A stretch of 64,000 bases of DNA from the human T2T-CHM13v2.0 reference genome, Homo sapiens, in the NCBI RefSeq assembly GCF_009914755.1, contig NC_060927.1, one strand, 5' to 3'. The translations under genes were made by a program, and so were the position numbers. Positions 13,761 to 28,330 of this stretch are shown here, piece after piece (within the stretch, counting starts at the first letter, position 1; the number at the start of each line of letters is the position of its first letter). The notes beneath the pieces are model-generated. The model was not told the origin of the DNA. It saw nothing but the letters and a program-made list of their open reading frames with translations, and did not search any database.

Positions 13761-15841
13761 TATACTGCTTTGGTAGTGTGAATTTTGTCATCTGTTTCGA
13801 GTAGCTTGGTTCACATGCCAATAAACTCATATTATTGTTTGTTTTCACTATGTGCTGCACAGCATAAACATATTATGCTTATAATTTGAAGTAGATCCCT
13901 TTCCCTACATTTTATGTGAGAGCAGAACCACATTTGCACATTCTTCTTAAAGCCTCCTAAAAGGGATTGTTGAATTGTGTCTTTTAAAAGTAATGCTGAA
14001 ATCAATGTCATATCCACACTTAAACAAGGAAATAATTCTCATAAATAATACAAAGAAATGGAAACATTTTTGAATAGTAAAAACTTTCTTCTGCTCTCAA
14101 AAATGTAAAATTTCTTACGATATTTGGATTTCATGCTCAACTCCAAATGGGAATTGCCATCATGATGTTATAATCCATTTCACTCAATGAAAAGTTTAGG
14201 TAGAAGAATATAAGATTACTAAGGAATAACTGGAGACTTTACTGATAAGTTATTATAAGTTAATTTGTTTTTGGACAGAGTTCCAGGTTTTCTTTGTGAC
14301 CATAGTTGTACACACTTCTTGTTTTCTAGACCACTGGCACATCTGCACAACAGGTGATATGTAATTTCATCAAATAGGTTTTATCACTTTCCTTATAATG
14401 AGATATATTTTTTGTGCCTCTCCTTGATATACTTACTCTGAAGCATTTCTGGCTGAATACCTCTTTTGTTATTTTATGGATGAGAGGAGAAAAAATACAA
14501 GATTTTTTCCATCAATTTTTCCAACTTATACGTGTTTTGCTTCAACAATTTATGCAGTGAGAGGTGGAAAACCTGAGCAGTTGCTAGGGTGTGCGCTTTC
14601 TGTAGATCGATCCACACAGGACAGAATAGAGTGCATTCTGAAGAGGTAGGAATTAGAAAGTGATGCCAAATCAGCAAAACAAAACGAAGCAAAAAGCCTG
14701 AAGCAAATTAATCATGACAAAACCTGCACAAAATCTGGAGAGCAAGTTGCTGTACCTTGAACCTTCAATAAACAAATTCACTTTGAATTTTAGTAGGATG
14801 AAAGATTTAAATGCAAACTGATTCAAGATGTAAAACAAAGTCACTCAAATAGGCAAGACAGACTAGCCTACATAAGGAGATGTTGAGTTTGAGAAAAATT
14901 AATAGTAACATTTGAATACTTTAAGTATTTTACAGTTTAGAGACAATTTACTAAAACATTATTATTGTAAGATCAGAATAGTAACATATTTTTCTTTAGA
15001 ATACAACTTTTTCTGCCTTTATTTAAATAAATATGATTCTACTAAAATGGAATATTCATGTTTGGTAAGATCATAATATTTTAGACTTAATTCTTAACCC
15101 AGGAACTTTAACAATTTTCTATGCAAAACTCTTATGGCAATGAACAAGATAAATTCTATTGTAAAACAACTAATTCTTGTTTTTTACAATCATGTATTTC
15201 AGCTTGTTAGAATATTTTCTATTATCAGAACCGGCTTTGTTAGTATCATGCACTGGTAACCATCTATATTGATCACATGGTAAACAACATTAGAAGTGGT
15301 TATCTGTTTGTCTTTACATATCTTGGTGGAAATACCAACTGCTAAATTATGAATGGCATACTCTAGAATTTAAAAGCATGTCGTTTTGATATCTTCTCAA
15401 AGCTAGTAACAGGTTATTGTAATTGGAAAGTCTCTTTTGAATGAGACATAGATGCAGAACAACACTAGCTCATTATAATTACATGCAAAGGGAAAAAGGT
15501 AACATGAGGTAGTCTTTGCTGAGATTCATATTTTATGTAGTTGGGCGGATAGGTCTTAATGATATATGCAAACTCTAAGAAAGTATCTTTGGTATTTTTA
15601 AAGACTTAGGCAGAAAACTGGATTTGGGAAGCATTGTTGGAGGTTTCATTGCTTCTTTCATTAAGTGGCTGGGACAATGAAGAGAGAAAGTTTGGGAAAT
15701 AAATGTTTGGCTACAGAGATGGCATTCATTAATGACATGAAGAATTTTTAGCCTTGCTGAAGACACAAGTGGTCTCTAGGTACAGAAAAAACAAAACAAA
15801 AAGGCAAGAAGACAAACTTTTGTCACTCACAATAACTCTGT

Positions 15842-15893
15842 AATAGTTATATATATATATAACTATTGTGTGTGTATATATATATATAACTAT

Positions 15894-15953
<60 letters not shown>

Positions 15954-15954
15954 A
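15842..15954. repeat. Complex (TA)n/(TG)n/(CA)n microsatellite with palindromic subunits
   Basis: AATAGTTATATATATATATAACTATT (26-bp palindrome), duplicated AACTATTGTGT unit, long (TA)n run. Confidence 0.95.
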
Positions 15955-18149
15955 TGGGGCTGCATCAGAAGGTAAAATTTCTTAGTTTGGGGGAATATTG
16001 ATATCAGTGAACAACTTCTTGGTGAGAGAACTGTAAAGAGAGTTCAAAGTGTAAGTGATAATACCAGATGATTTTTAAATTTCCTTATAACTTGAGATTT
16101 TACAATTTTATTTATTTTTCTATACTTCAAAAAATTTGTACAAGGTTATAAAATGTCCTAGGTTATAAGATATAAATATAAATTTTTCTCATTTAAAAAG
16201 AAATTGTCTCTATTCTAATCCAATACACAGACTGTAAAATGTATAGAAATTTAAAAATATATATATTTAATATACTGCATCTTCTCCAGGTTGAGATTTT
16301 TTAAAACGACTATTTCATGTGACCCCACATTAGAGAATTGTGATACTGCAGGTTAGCTCTATTAGTCAACACTTATGGGAAAAAAAGTAGAAAGAAAAAT
16401 CTAGAACAATAAGTTGGGGATGGAGAGGGGACTGGATCTCCATGAAGAGAGGAAAGACCAATAATGAGGGTATATTTTTAGATCCTGAAAAGGCAACTAT
16501 GTGTGTCTTAGACCAATGTCTGGATTTCATGATGCCAAACAAATTCTTTTATGACAATTGTAATAGTACTTCAGGTTCAATCCATAATTCATCAAACAGT
16601 TTAAGCCAATCTATTCTGTATTTAACCATGTGAGACTATATACTGAAAATCTGTAGAAAATGGAAATTATATATTATAAAGTTTTCTGAGATATATTCTA
16701 TAAAAGTGAAGGATTTTTGTTACATGTTATGGCGCTGGGTTATGAGGTTCCTAAAATATAAGTAATAGGAGTCATCTGAATCACTGTATTCTAATTTAAT
16801 TATAAACAGTTAAATAAAACCCCAAGTAAAATCTAAACATCCATAATTTATATTTTAATTTTCATTTTTGAATCATTTCAGTGAAAAACAAGTTATTACA
16901 TGGGACATATTGCAGTTTGAAACCTCACTTCATGATGACTGAAACAAAAACCTCTGACCTAATATGAGATGGCATATTTTTTATTGCAATCAGGATGTAA
17001 TAACTACCAGCATGAATACTTAGAACTGTTCTCCTCCTTCTGTTTTCAGCATTGGGTTTATCTACATTTTTAATGAATTGGATAGCTTATTAGGTCGTAT
17101 GACATCTGAGGTCCTTTCCAGCCTGAGATTCTAATATTCTATTTTATGTGTCTTTTCTTGAGAATCATTGTTTTTTTCTCTAGTAAGATTTACTGTTTCC
17201 TGTGCTAATAATTCAATAATTTAGAAAATAGTTGTCAAAAGATTGAGATATTATGTGAAATCCTTAAAATTGGGCCAGTTACTTTGCCAAGCATAGCCAA
17301 TAATCTTGGAAGTGCACATTATCAGTTAGTTTTGATTACAGCTGAAGATGTTGGGAGAATAAATGGGACTGGAGCAACATATTCATCACTACTCCAAGGG
17401 ATCCTATTATAAATATATCTCCTGAAACCCAAGTGACTGTTGCAAAGAGGGGAAACTCTCTTATTCAATATAAGCAGCACCAGTAGTTAGCTGGTAAATG
17501 GACACATTGGTAACAGTATAGAATCCAAAAGTCATTAATACATATAACCTTAAGCATTTATTTTAACTGAGTATATATAAATATACTTTAGATAACCTAT
17601 CTTTTGATTAATAGTCAGGACTTTTTCTTTGATAATTGGTTTTCTCTTGGACATTTTTTTGTTGTATTTTTAGTATAAATGACATCCATTATGTGTTTCT
17701 CCCATCTCTAGTTTCATGTTCTTGGAAAATAAGTGAGAATATAAACATACTTGCAAAGTTATCTGTGAAAAATCCTTCTAGGTTTTTATGCTTTTTTTTA
17801 ATACCTAATTCAACAAGGCTTTTTCAACTTTCCACCATGAGTCTGATTCTCAAAACTTTCAACTACTCGTTTTTAATTTAACACTCAAGTCTTACTGATT
17901 TTTATAATATTTAATCAAATTTATATCATTATAATTAAATGTACAAAGGACAGTTGAGTTTGAGAGCAAACACAACTGACTAGGCATACAACCCAATTGA
18001 GTGAAGAAGCTCATGGTGAAAATGTAGTCACTAGTGTGAGTGTTCAACATGCTGTGGACATTAGTCATATTTAACAAAGGAAATGCTAAGTAAAGATTAG
18101 TTCAGTGTATCAGATAAATGTAGGTTAGTTAAGAGAGCCTTCAGTGTTT

Positions 18150-18270
18150 TAATTTCTTTGATTATAAACTCCTTGAATGAAGTGACTGTTTCTTATGCAT
18201 CTTCATATTTCCTGTTTACCTAGCATAGTACCTAGACATAACATACATAAGCATTTGTTTTTTCATTTGA
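18150..18270 (+). mobile_element. L2 3' end
   Basis: GATTATAAACTCCTTGAATG...ACCTAGCATAGTACCTAGACATA. Confidence 0.6.
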
Positions 18271-19372
18271 GTTATAGCATTGACAACATGTAATTGTCCT
18301 AATGAGATGCTGTTTCCTCTGAGGATATGAGTGGTGGTAGTATTTTACTATTATTTTCTCTATGCTCAGCATGTAAATAAAGCAATGTTAACATCCTGTT
18401 TGTATTTCATTTTGATTGCCATTTGGTAGCTTGAGTTGGAGAAAAATTTATGCACAGCGTTTAAGAGGACCAATTTATACTGAAAGCTTTGGAATTATCT
18501 TAGAGCCACCGTGAAGCCCCTACAAATTGCAATTTCAGTCATAGAAATGCTAGAAATCAAATGAATAGAGTAACATTTGGTATGTAATACCAAAACATGT
18601 TTGTATTACTCTCTTGAACACAAGCAGCAAAAAGAGTTAACCATTAGTGGACTATAAGATTTTTACTATATGTGTGCTTTCTGTAAACTTGTCATTGCAT
18701 TTTATGAATGTGGTACATGTTCATAGTTTTTAAAGTCAAAGAGTAATACAAGACTTATTATCATTTTTGAAAAGCTATCTTCTTACCCACCACTCCCATT
18801 CCTCTCTCCCTATTTCCTAGACTGAACCTAATTTCAACTCTTTCATAGTTGTTTCTTCTCATATGTAGTTTCATAGTTTGTGCCAGTAATGACCACAAGG
18901 CAGTTTTCTGATATTTCAGTTTCAATTATGGTCTACCATCTTCCTACAAGAAATGATGAGTGCTTTTCCTTACTTCATGTCTTCCTCCACACCTTGTTAT
19001 ATACGTTTTTCCTCTATCCCATCCTTCCAAATCTTGTGGCACATATTTTTATTAAATTCACATTCAATAGTTTGTAACTATATAATCACCGATCAAAGAT
19101 AAACCATTCAGTGTACCATGATTAAATTTCTTTTCTGACTTTTCTGTGGAGCCAACAATTTTTTTCATTTGTTTATTTTCCTATGTAAACATCACTAACT
19201 CAGTGCAAACTTTCTGAACTTATAGATTCATCTCAACAGGGTCAAATTCGTGAAGGAATCTAGCAGTCCTATTTTCTCTTTAAAGACAGCTCCTTAGGGC
19301 CTATCAGACACTACTCCAGTGAAGTTGGTTTCCCTCACGTCTGAATCACAGTTGTTACTTAAGATTTCTCTT

Positions 19373-19794
<422 letters not shown>

Positions 19795-20620
19795 CTATCT
19801 CAAAAACTCTTTTTTATACCCTCACATGTGATTGATCATATAGCTTGTTATAGAATTCTAGGTTGAAAAAAAATAACCCCCTGAAATTTTGAAAGCTATA
19901 ATACTCCATTCTATTCTTGTCTTCCTTCCAGTTTGAGAAGTCTGATAACATTTGGATTCTCAGTCTATTGTATCTGGTTATTTTCTAAGGGTTTTACAAT
20001 TTTTTATTTCTACCTGGTGTTCTGAAATTTCATAATGTTGTGTCTTGGTGTGGGCCTTTTTTCATTTATTTGTGCTATGTGTTTGGATGACTCTTTTAAT
20101 CCAGAAGTGTATGCCCTTCAGTACTGGAAAATTGTAGTCTGATTTCTTGGGTCATTTCTGACCCTGCTTTCTCTCTTTTATCTTTCTGAAAACTTCACTG
20201 ATCAATGTTGATTCTCCTAGATTGATTCTCTACTATATGTGTATTTTTAGTCTCTTATTCTCCATCCATTTGTTTAATTTTTTTACTCTGAGAGATTTAT
20301 TCAACCTTTATATTGGATTATTTTTAAACAATCATTTTAAATGTCTAAATGTTCTTTCCTGTTTTCTAAAAGATTTTGTATTTTCTGATGAAATTACATA
20401 GGTATAATATCTACAGTATCTTCTTTTATCTCTGAAAGTACACATACACAAATACCACCTCCCCCCACCACAAACACACTTATTTAGGTTTTCTATTTTT
20501 ATCATTTTTTTTTCACTGTTTATTTTAGTCTTTCTCTCATAGTAGAGGCATTTCTCAAATGTAATCCTTGACTGTCCACTTACATTTGAAAATGAAGTAC
20601 ACAAAAGGCTGATGGGAAGT

Positions 20621-20623
20621 TGT

Positions 20624-20672
<49 letters not shown>
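20621..20672. repeat. (TG)n(AG)n microsatellite
   Basis: Directly visible. Confidence 0.95.
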
Positions 20673-20673
<1 letters not shown>

Positions 20674-22447
20674 AGAGAGTCATCTTTGGGTAAATGAACA
20701 GGGACTAGCTATTTTTTTTTTTCAGGGAGTACATGCAAATGTCAGTCAGAATCTGTAGGTTTTTTTTCTTGGGCCACTTATTTTCCCCAGAAAAGAATTC
20801 TCCATTCTCATTCAATATGGAGAGTATATTTAACCCCTGTTTTTAGTGTAGTACTTCATCCTCACCTTTAGCTAGTGTCCTTAAACCTTTCCAGAAAGCA
20901 AACTTTATGTAGGGAGAGTAGTTCAGCTGACTGAGTGAGCCAGGGGTTCTGATAGTCTGTATTCTCTTATATGGACTTTAAAACAAAAATACTCCTGCTC
21001 TGTCCCACCCTTCATCCTAGACTTCAGGGGTCCCTGAAAAATAATTTCTAAGCCTGGCAGGGATATGGCATATGAATCTGGCTTCCATCCTCCTGGTAAA
21101 CCCACTTTACTTACCTAAGCAGTGAAGTTTCTTGGTTTTGCTAACTCAGTAACTCCACTTCCATCTGCTATCCTCTTTCAAAAGTTTATCCCTTATCTTC
21201 TGATATTTCATTTCCTTTTCTCTGTACACTGCTGTGTTTGTACTGGATTTCCATATTTTCATTTTAGTAAGATTTTGGGAAGGAATGGAATAAAGATTAG
21301 GAAATTTTCTTCTCTCACTAGTAAGAGAAAACTGCTCAATATTTTTTTAAATGCAAAATGTGCTGTATAGTCAACTACTATTGTTTTATCAGTTCTGACC
21401 TTTGGTTAACAGTATTTTAACTTTGGATGTTACTTTCTCAAACTTCTTAAACCATTACAATAATTTATCATTTACTTTTATAACCTGAAAAATAATGTCT
21501 GAGCTCTCATAAAATGAAAATAGTTAATTTGCATGCTATTGCTTTTGAATGTTGTACTTCAGATTATGTTCTTAAATTTGTCTTATCTATTCTATAATGT
21601 GATGTTTTAATGCACATCTGATTCCCTATCATCTTAACAAGTATTTGCATTTACTGCTTTGTTTTCTTTATTTGATTTACCCTATAAAATAGTCCCTTTA
21701 GCACAGATTAGAAGTAGTTTATTACTTATTGTCTGAGTCAATGAGATTTCATACATGTAAATATTATATTCTAGTTATATTGTCTAAATACTCTGCATCA
21801 CATACTTGAATCATTCTAATAACAATAATGTCAATTGAAATATATTACTTTCTTTTGCAGATAAAAAGTATTAAGGGTATCTTCTTTTTAAATAATGTAT
21901 GAATTATAAATCTATGCTTATAACTTTATGATGCCTTCAAGTAGGCAACATTGTCAGTGGAAGAACTATAGTGTACATTTGTTTTTATGCTGCTAATAAA
22001 ATTAAACTGTGTTAGGTTAAGAATACATTTTTAAAATGATAGTTAAAGTTAAATAGGAAGCCACTAAATTGTGTTTGTGTTCAAGTTTAAACAGAAAGCA
22101 ATATTTACCCAGCATTCTTTGAAACAACCATTTTGGATGAAATTTTTATTCAACCTGGCAAATAAATGATGACATTCATGTTCTTAAGTAGAATAAAATG
22201 CTGGAAAAATGAACAGCTCCACCTTATGACCAGTTTTGCTATAGTTTTTAACCAGTCAGATTTTGGCTTAAGCCAAGCTTAATTGATGATTTAATTATTG
22301 CTTGGTTTAAGCAGAAAGTTTAGTGTATATTGTAGAAGATGTGTAAACAAAGAATTTTCATTACTTTTCCTCAATTGAGCTAGCTCAACACAGAAATTAC
22401 TTGGGGAATCTTGACCTTAGTGGCAAACAGTAAACAACTAAAGGCAG

Positions 22448-22942
22448 TGTGGTAGGCTAAATAATGCCTCCCTAAATCCATATTCAAATTCCCTGACTGT
22501 GTGAAGATGTTACCTTACATGACAAAGGGGACTTTGCAGATGTCATTAAAAAATCTGGAGATGGGAAGATTATCCTGGACTATCCAGGTGGGCCCAGTGA
22601 GATGATTATAGATGTCCTTAAAAGGGTTGGCAGAGGGAGATTAGACTACAGAAGAGGAGAAAGTGGTGTGATGTTGGAAGCAAACAGATTTGGAGATGCT
22701 GTGCTGCTGGCTTTAAAGCTGAAGGCAGAGTCTATGAGCCAAGGAGTGCAAGGAATGCAATTCTAGAGGCTGGAAAAGGAAAGGAAAAGGATTCTTCTCT
22801 AGAGTTCCAGAGGGAGAGTGGCCCTTCTAACAGTTTGTGTTTAGCTCAGTGAAACTAATTTCAGATGTCTGCCTTCCAGAAATGTAAGGGAATAAATTTG
22901 TTTAAGTGTAACTTGTTAGAGCAGCAATAGAATAGTAATACA
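22448..22942 (+). mobile_element. MLT1C/D-like MaLR LTR
   Basis: TGTGGTAGGCTAAATAATG...GGGACTTTGCAGATG...GATTATCCTGGACTATCCAGGTGGGCCC...AATAAATTTG...TAATACA. Confidence 0.85.
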
Positions 22943-23560
22943 TTCAATAGAAAACTATTACAGTATGAGAAAACTATCCCCAAATCACACAAAAAAGTGC
23001 AAGACCAAAAAATAGAAAAACGAAGCCACAAAGCCATATTTCCCTTCAGCCATAGCCTAAATTCATGCTCAAAGAAGATTCTTACAGAATATTTGCAAAT
23101 ATCCTAGTTACCACCATTTTTGCAGAAAGGTTTTTGAGGGGGTTTTCCATTAGGTGGAATATTTAGTGAAGTGGTTTGTAAGTAAAAGTTATCAAAGGTA
23201 ACCAAGCTTGAAAACTTTTGTTATAATCCCTCCTGGAATTTTTCTTTTTATACCTTGTTCTCTAGGAGAAATAAAGTGAATTCTATAAACATTGTTATTA
23301 TAAAGCAAGTTTAGGCTAATTTGTTTCCTGACTTTTGTAGAGATAGCTATGGCACTTACTTTTATCCTACACCTAATCATGGAGTAAAATGAAAAGCAAA
23401 TGTATTACTTTTGTGAAGTTTATTGGGGGAGAGGTTGAATTGAAAAATACTTTATGAAGCTAAGACTTCAAAAATTTGCTATTTATAAATTGCATGTAGT
23501 ATGTGTATATCAAAGTAAGGACAGTAGTTATTAGTTCTTTTGAAATATTACATAAATTTC

Positions 23561-24125
23561 TGTATGAATTATCTCTTTGTATATAACAAAGCACCTCAAC
23601 CCTTACTGGCATAAAATAGCAACTGTTTATTTGCTCATGATTCTGCAGTCTGGGCTGGGGCTCAGCCAGCAGATTCTTTTGCTGGTCTTGCTGTTGATCC
23701 TGCCTGAGTTCATTCACATAACTGTAGACATTTGACAGCTCAGCTGGGGCTGGGTAATACCAAATGACCTCACTGACAGGCCTGGCAGTTGATGCTGGCT
23801 GTTGGCTGTGGTGCCCGAGTTCTCCCCTGCATTCCCTCTCATTTTTCAGTAGGCTGGAGTATGTTTTTTCAATTGATAATGGGAGCATTCCACAAGGACA
23901 AAACAAAAGCTGCATGTCTCTTAAGGCTTACCTTGAGAAGTCACACAATGGCAATTCTATAGCATTCTCTCCATGAAAGCAAATTATAAGGCCAGTCCAT
24001 TTTCAATGGACAGAGAAATACAGTCTACTTCTCAATGGGCAGCGTGGTAAAGTCACATTGCAAAGGACGTGGATATGAGGTGCTGTGGTTCATTAGGAGA
24101 TCCTATTGGATTCACCCACCCCACA
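23561..24125 (-). mobile_element. MLT1 (G/H-like) MaLR LTR
   Basis: TTTATTTGCTCATGATTCTGCAGTCTGGGCTGGGGCTCAGC...AAAGTCACATTGCAAAGGAC. Confidence 0.7.
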
Positions 24126-24148
24126 TCTCTAATGCACGTTATCCCATG

Positions 24149-24485
24149 TTTTTTTTTGTTTTGTTTTTGTTTTTGTTTTTTTGTTTGTTTTTTTTTTTTT
24201 TTTGAGATGGAGTCTCGGTCTGTTGCCCAGGCTGGGGTGCGGTGGCATGATCTTGGCTCACTGCAACCTCCACCTCCCTGGCTGAAGCGATTCTCCTGCC
24301 TCAGACTCCTGAGTAGCTAGGATCACAGGCATACCCCACCACACCCAACTAATTTTTGTATTTCTAGTAGAGATGGGGTTTCACAATGTTGGCCAGGCTA
24401 GTCTGGAACTCCTGACCTCAGGTGATCCACCCGCCTCGGCCTCTGGAAGTGCTGGGATTACAGGCCTGAGCCACCATGTCCAGCC
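24149..24485 (-). mobile_element. AluS (Sx-like)
   Basis: Antisense Alu; degenerate TSD CGTTATCCCATG / CATTATCCCCTG. Confidence 0.93.
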
Positions 24486-24555
24486 CATTATCCCCTGGTT
24501 TTATCTTTATCCAGACAACATGGGTGTCTCTATTTTTAATTTTTAATTTTATGGT

Positions 24556-24864
24556 GTTTCGTTTTGTTCTGTTTTTTGAGATGAGGTCTCACTCTGTCAC
24601 CCAGGTTGGAGTGCAGTGGCACGATCTTGGCTCACTGCAACCTCCGCCTCTCGGGCTCAAGTGATCCTCCCACCTTAGCCTCTGGGAGTAGCTGGGACCA
24701 CAGGTGTGCACAACCATGCCTGGCTATTTATTTATTTGTTTATTGGTAGAGATGAGGTTTCACCATGTTGCCCAGGCTGTTCTCAAACTCCTGTGCTCAA
24801 GCAGTCCACCCACCTCAGCCTCCAAAGTGCTGGGGTTACAGGACTGAGCCACCACGCCCCGGCT
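24556..24864 (-). mobile_element. AluJb-like
   Basis: GGGCTCAAGTGATCCTCCCACC and TGTTGCCCAGGCTG are J diagnostics. Confidence 0.9.
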
Positions 24865-25253
24865 TATCGGCTTTTGTTTTATTTTGTTTTAATCGGTGAT
24901 GAGTAACGGTGGGGAATAGTATGCCAGTATGCATGGGAGGAAGGATTGTAGAAATCTGGCTGGGGAAATCACATTACTTAACTATTTGAGGGCGTGTGTA
25001 GTGGACATTTATTTCTTCTTGTTACTGTTTTTTTCACCACTTTCTTTCAAATATGCTGTTTTGAATATGCAAAATATAAAGTACTGTTCTGTTTGAATGT
25101 AGAAAGTACTGTGAGATTGTTCAAATTATTTGATAGAAATATATTGAAAACTGTCATGATTTGATCTCTGATTCCATGTTTGTGAAGGGAAAGTGGTTAG
25201 CTCTACAGTTGGGTGAAATTGGATGATACAACTACTAAGACATTTCCTTACGG

Positions 25254-25418
25254 CAGTGATTCTCAACCTGGCTGCACCTTAGATCACTTGGAGAGCTTAT
25301 AAAAGTGTCGATGCTTAAGTCCTATCCCAGCACAATTACATCACAGTTTATAAGTGTCTGTATTTTAAAAAAAAACTTTACGGAAGAGTCTAATACATAG
25401 CCAGGATTTAGGACCACT
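25254..25418. mobile_element. MER5A-like hAT-Charlie MITE
   Basis: CAGTGATTCTCAACCTGGCTGCAC...AGCCAGGATTTAGGACCACT terminal inverted repeats. Confidence 0.75.
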
Positions 25419-27599
25419 CAGTGCTTTAACGGTTAGAGATTTGGAGGAATGGTTTGAAATAATAAGGTTTGTGCATATGATATAGTAAGGTTGGGTTTGT
25501 ACAGGGGCCTCCAGCCAGAGCTGATATACTGACAATGCCTCAATGTGGAAAAACTGTTTACCTTCTTGTTTGATTGGATAGGAGAAAAATGTCCTAATTT
25601 TCTGATGGGGCTCCTAATTTTTAAACATACTTGTAGAGAGCAAAATAGCACCAGTGGCAACACATTATTTTGAACCAAGTAACTAATACTCCAATGGAGG
25701 GATAGCTAGATATAAAATAATGCTATAAGAATTGTCATGTATCAAATGCATTTTTATATTATCTATTTAAAAGAAAAATATTTATAACTAGAGCTTTGTA
25801 ATTTTCACTTTCTTTCACCAGTGGGGTTATTTTTAACTCACTTATAGCTGGAGTTGAAAGGATATTTTTTAGAAGTCAGTGAGACTTTTCAAAGGAACAA
25901 GAGGCTATGGTATCCTCTAATACTCATTCTTAAATATATTATTCTCAGGAAATGGAAAAACACATCTGATTGTATGCAAACCATTTGTCCAGTTGCACTG
26001 TTTTATATAGGAGACAAAACTGTTAATGACTGGAGTTGGGGGATTTACCAGGCTCTAGAGTAATCTGGGATGGATAGAAATGTAGCTTCTATATTGATGC
26101 TACTGCAATGTGGCTTGTTATAGAAAAGCTCCTTTCTCACTGATATTTTCCAAAGTGAACAAGTGTTTGAATCAGAGCTTCTCACAAAAGACAGAAATAA
26201 TGGAACTCTTCATTTGTTGACCCGCAAAAGTGGCTAATTAAAAACAGTGTCTTGATTTCTCCACACTGTCATCCCAAATCAAGACCTGACTGTGAGTGGG
26301 GAGAGTAATCTGATTCTGTACCTGAAGTGAAAGATTAATGTCCCAGACTGGGTGAAGCCATCTAGTAGATAATATTTCTTTCTTTTTTAAAAAAGTAATT
26401 ACTGGTAGAGTAAAGAATATACTCAGGCATACAAAAATTTAAGATGACATGAAATCTTTGGAGTTACAGTTATAAGAGTTGATTTATTCTAGAGAATCCA
26501 GAAAAATGGTTCAATAAAACCATCTCTGCGTGGTGAGACTGTGCATTTCAACCCAAGCCTTTAAGAGGGAAGAATCGGTATTGAGATTAAAAAAAAAAAA
26601 ATCCATCTAAGGAAAACGCTCTACGTAAAGGCTCAGGATTTAAAAAATAAAATTAAATAAAATTACCCTTGCTTTGATCCTGAGGCTAAATCTAAAGTAA
26701 TCTGCAACAACAGGCCTTTTTTGTTTAAGGATTCCTGTCCTTTGAGGTGAGGTATGTGCTGTGTTTAATAAAGATTATGTGACTGATTACTTTTCACGTA
26801 CTGACAGCTCCCTGTGGTGTCTTTTATGTGGATGGGGGAGATTATATTAAAGCTCTGTCTTTCTGCGTAGTGGCCACCTGCTCTTAAAAAAGGTTGTAGC
26901 AAACTTCCTTGGAAATAATGTTAGGAGTCCAAAGCATGATACAGAAACTGATGGGACTGATCTGCATCTAGACTGAGCAGTACAGTGAATAGCAATGAAG
27001 ACAGGAGGATTGAGCCCCAGGCAAGCCACTATATCTGCTCAGTTGTTATATTTATCAAGGATTACACTAAAACCTAATTCTGATTATGAGCAAAGTGCTG
27101 TATCCTGAAGTAAAGATGGTGAGTAAACAAGAACAAGGGATAACCTTCTTTTTCTGTGATGTGTATGCATTTGATGAGCTTTATGAATGTATTTCCCTAA
27201 TTGATTTCAAGGAAGAATTTTCTAGGGTTAATGTATGAAAAGCAATTTTTACATGAAGCCTTAGTGTAAAGTAAAGTCAATGATTAGTAGAGATCCTCAA
27301 AGCAATTGTACTACATAGAAATCAATATAAATACTGTATTAAAGCATTTATTTCACTTGTGAATCTGCATGTGTGTGGCTGGAAATAACTGCAGTATTAC
27401 AATAAGCTAGGCTGAAGTTTGCATTTAAAATAGCAAAAAGGCAAATGTCTTCTATGTCACTGTCAACTATAGTTATAAATTGAGATCTGATAAAACATCA
27501 AAAAACTTTGTAAGCTTTAAAATATTTCTGTAAGGTAATATGACATCCCATGGTCTGTGTAAAAGTTAGCATGCTCTTTCTCTTGATATTTTCCCCTTA

Positions 27600-28330
27600 A
27601 CTTTCTCCTTCAATTGGAGTACTTGGTTTTCAGTCCTCCAGTCATTACTCTGTCTCTGCATGCTGTCCTTGTGCTGTCCTGACTATATTTTTTGGTTTTA
27701 AAATCTAGGATCTTCAAGTCTATTTACTTCAAATTTACCATGGTTAAAATTGAGCTAATTTCCTACCTTCTTTAAATCTCTTTATGATTTCTCCTTACCT
27801 CTGAGTAAATGGTGTCATAACCACCACGTTCAGGGGGCTGGAAACCCATGAGTCCTCGTGCATTCTTCCTCAACATCCAATCCTCAAATTCTATTGGTGT
27901 TCATTGTTTTTTGTTGTTGTTGTTTTTTGTTTGTTTGTTTGTTTTTATCTTCACTGCCACAAGTCTGATTTTATACTCTCATTTTTCACATGAAAATGGC
28001 AACAGCTTTCTAACTAGCCTCTGCTGTCTCACCACTTACCGAGAAAACATCCAAATTCCCTGGCACTCACGCATGGCCTTTGACAACATGGTCCCTGCAA
28101 GTCCGATCTTTCCTCAGTTTTCTGGATCTCTCACCAGGTCCCCCCTTTTACCTGTTCTCTGGTGATAATGAACTTCCAGGAGTTCCTGGATCTTCCATAC
28201 TTCTTACTTGCTCACCCTTCTTTCTCTTTCTCTCTTTCTCTTTGGAATGCCCTGTTTTAATTGCCCACTTGGAAAGTTCCTTTTCATCTGTTGTATCACT
28301 AGTTCCACTCCTCTACCCCACACTATGCAT
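27600..28330 (+). mobile_element. L2 fragments
   Basis: Pyrimidine-rich L2-like ORF2/3' UTR motifs (CTGGAAACCCATGAGTC, AACAGCTTTCTAACTAGCCTC, TTGGAATGCCC); boundaries approximate. Confidence 0.55.

Noticed and set aside
23460-23915. 151-aa ORF
   Set aside because: Lies mostly within an MLT1 LTR; no domain signature.
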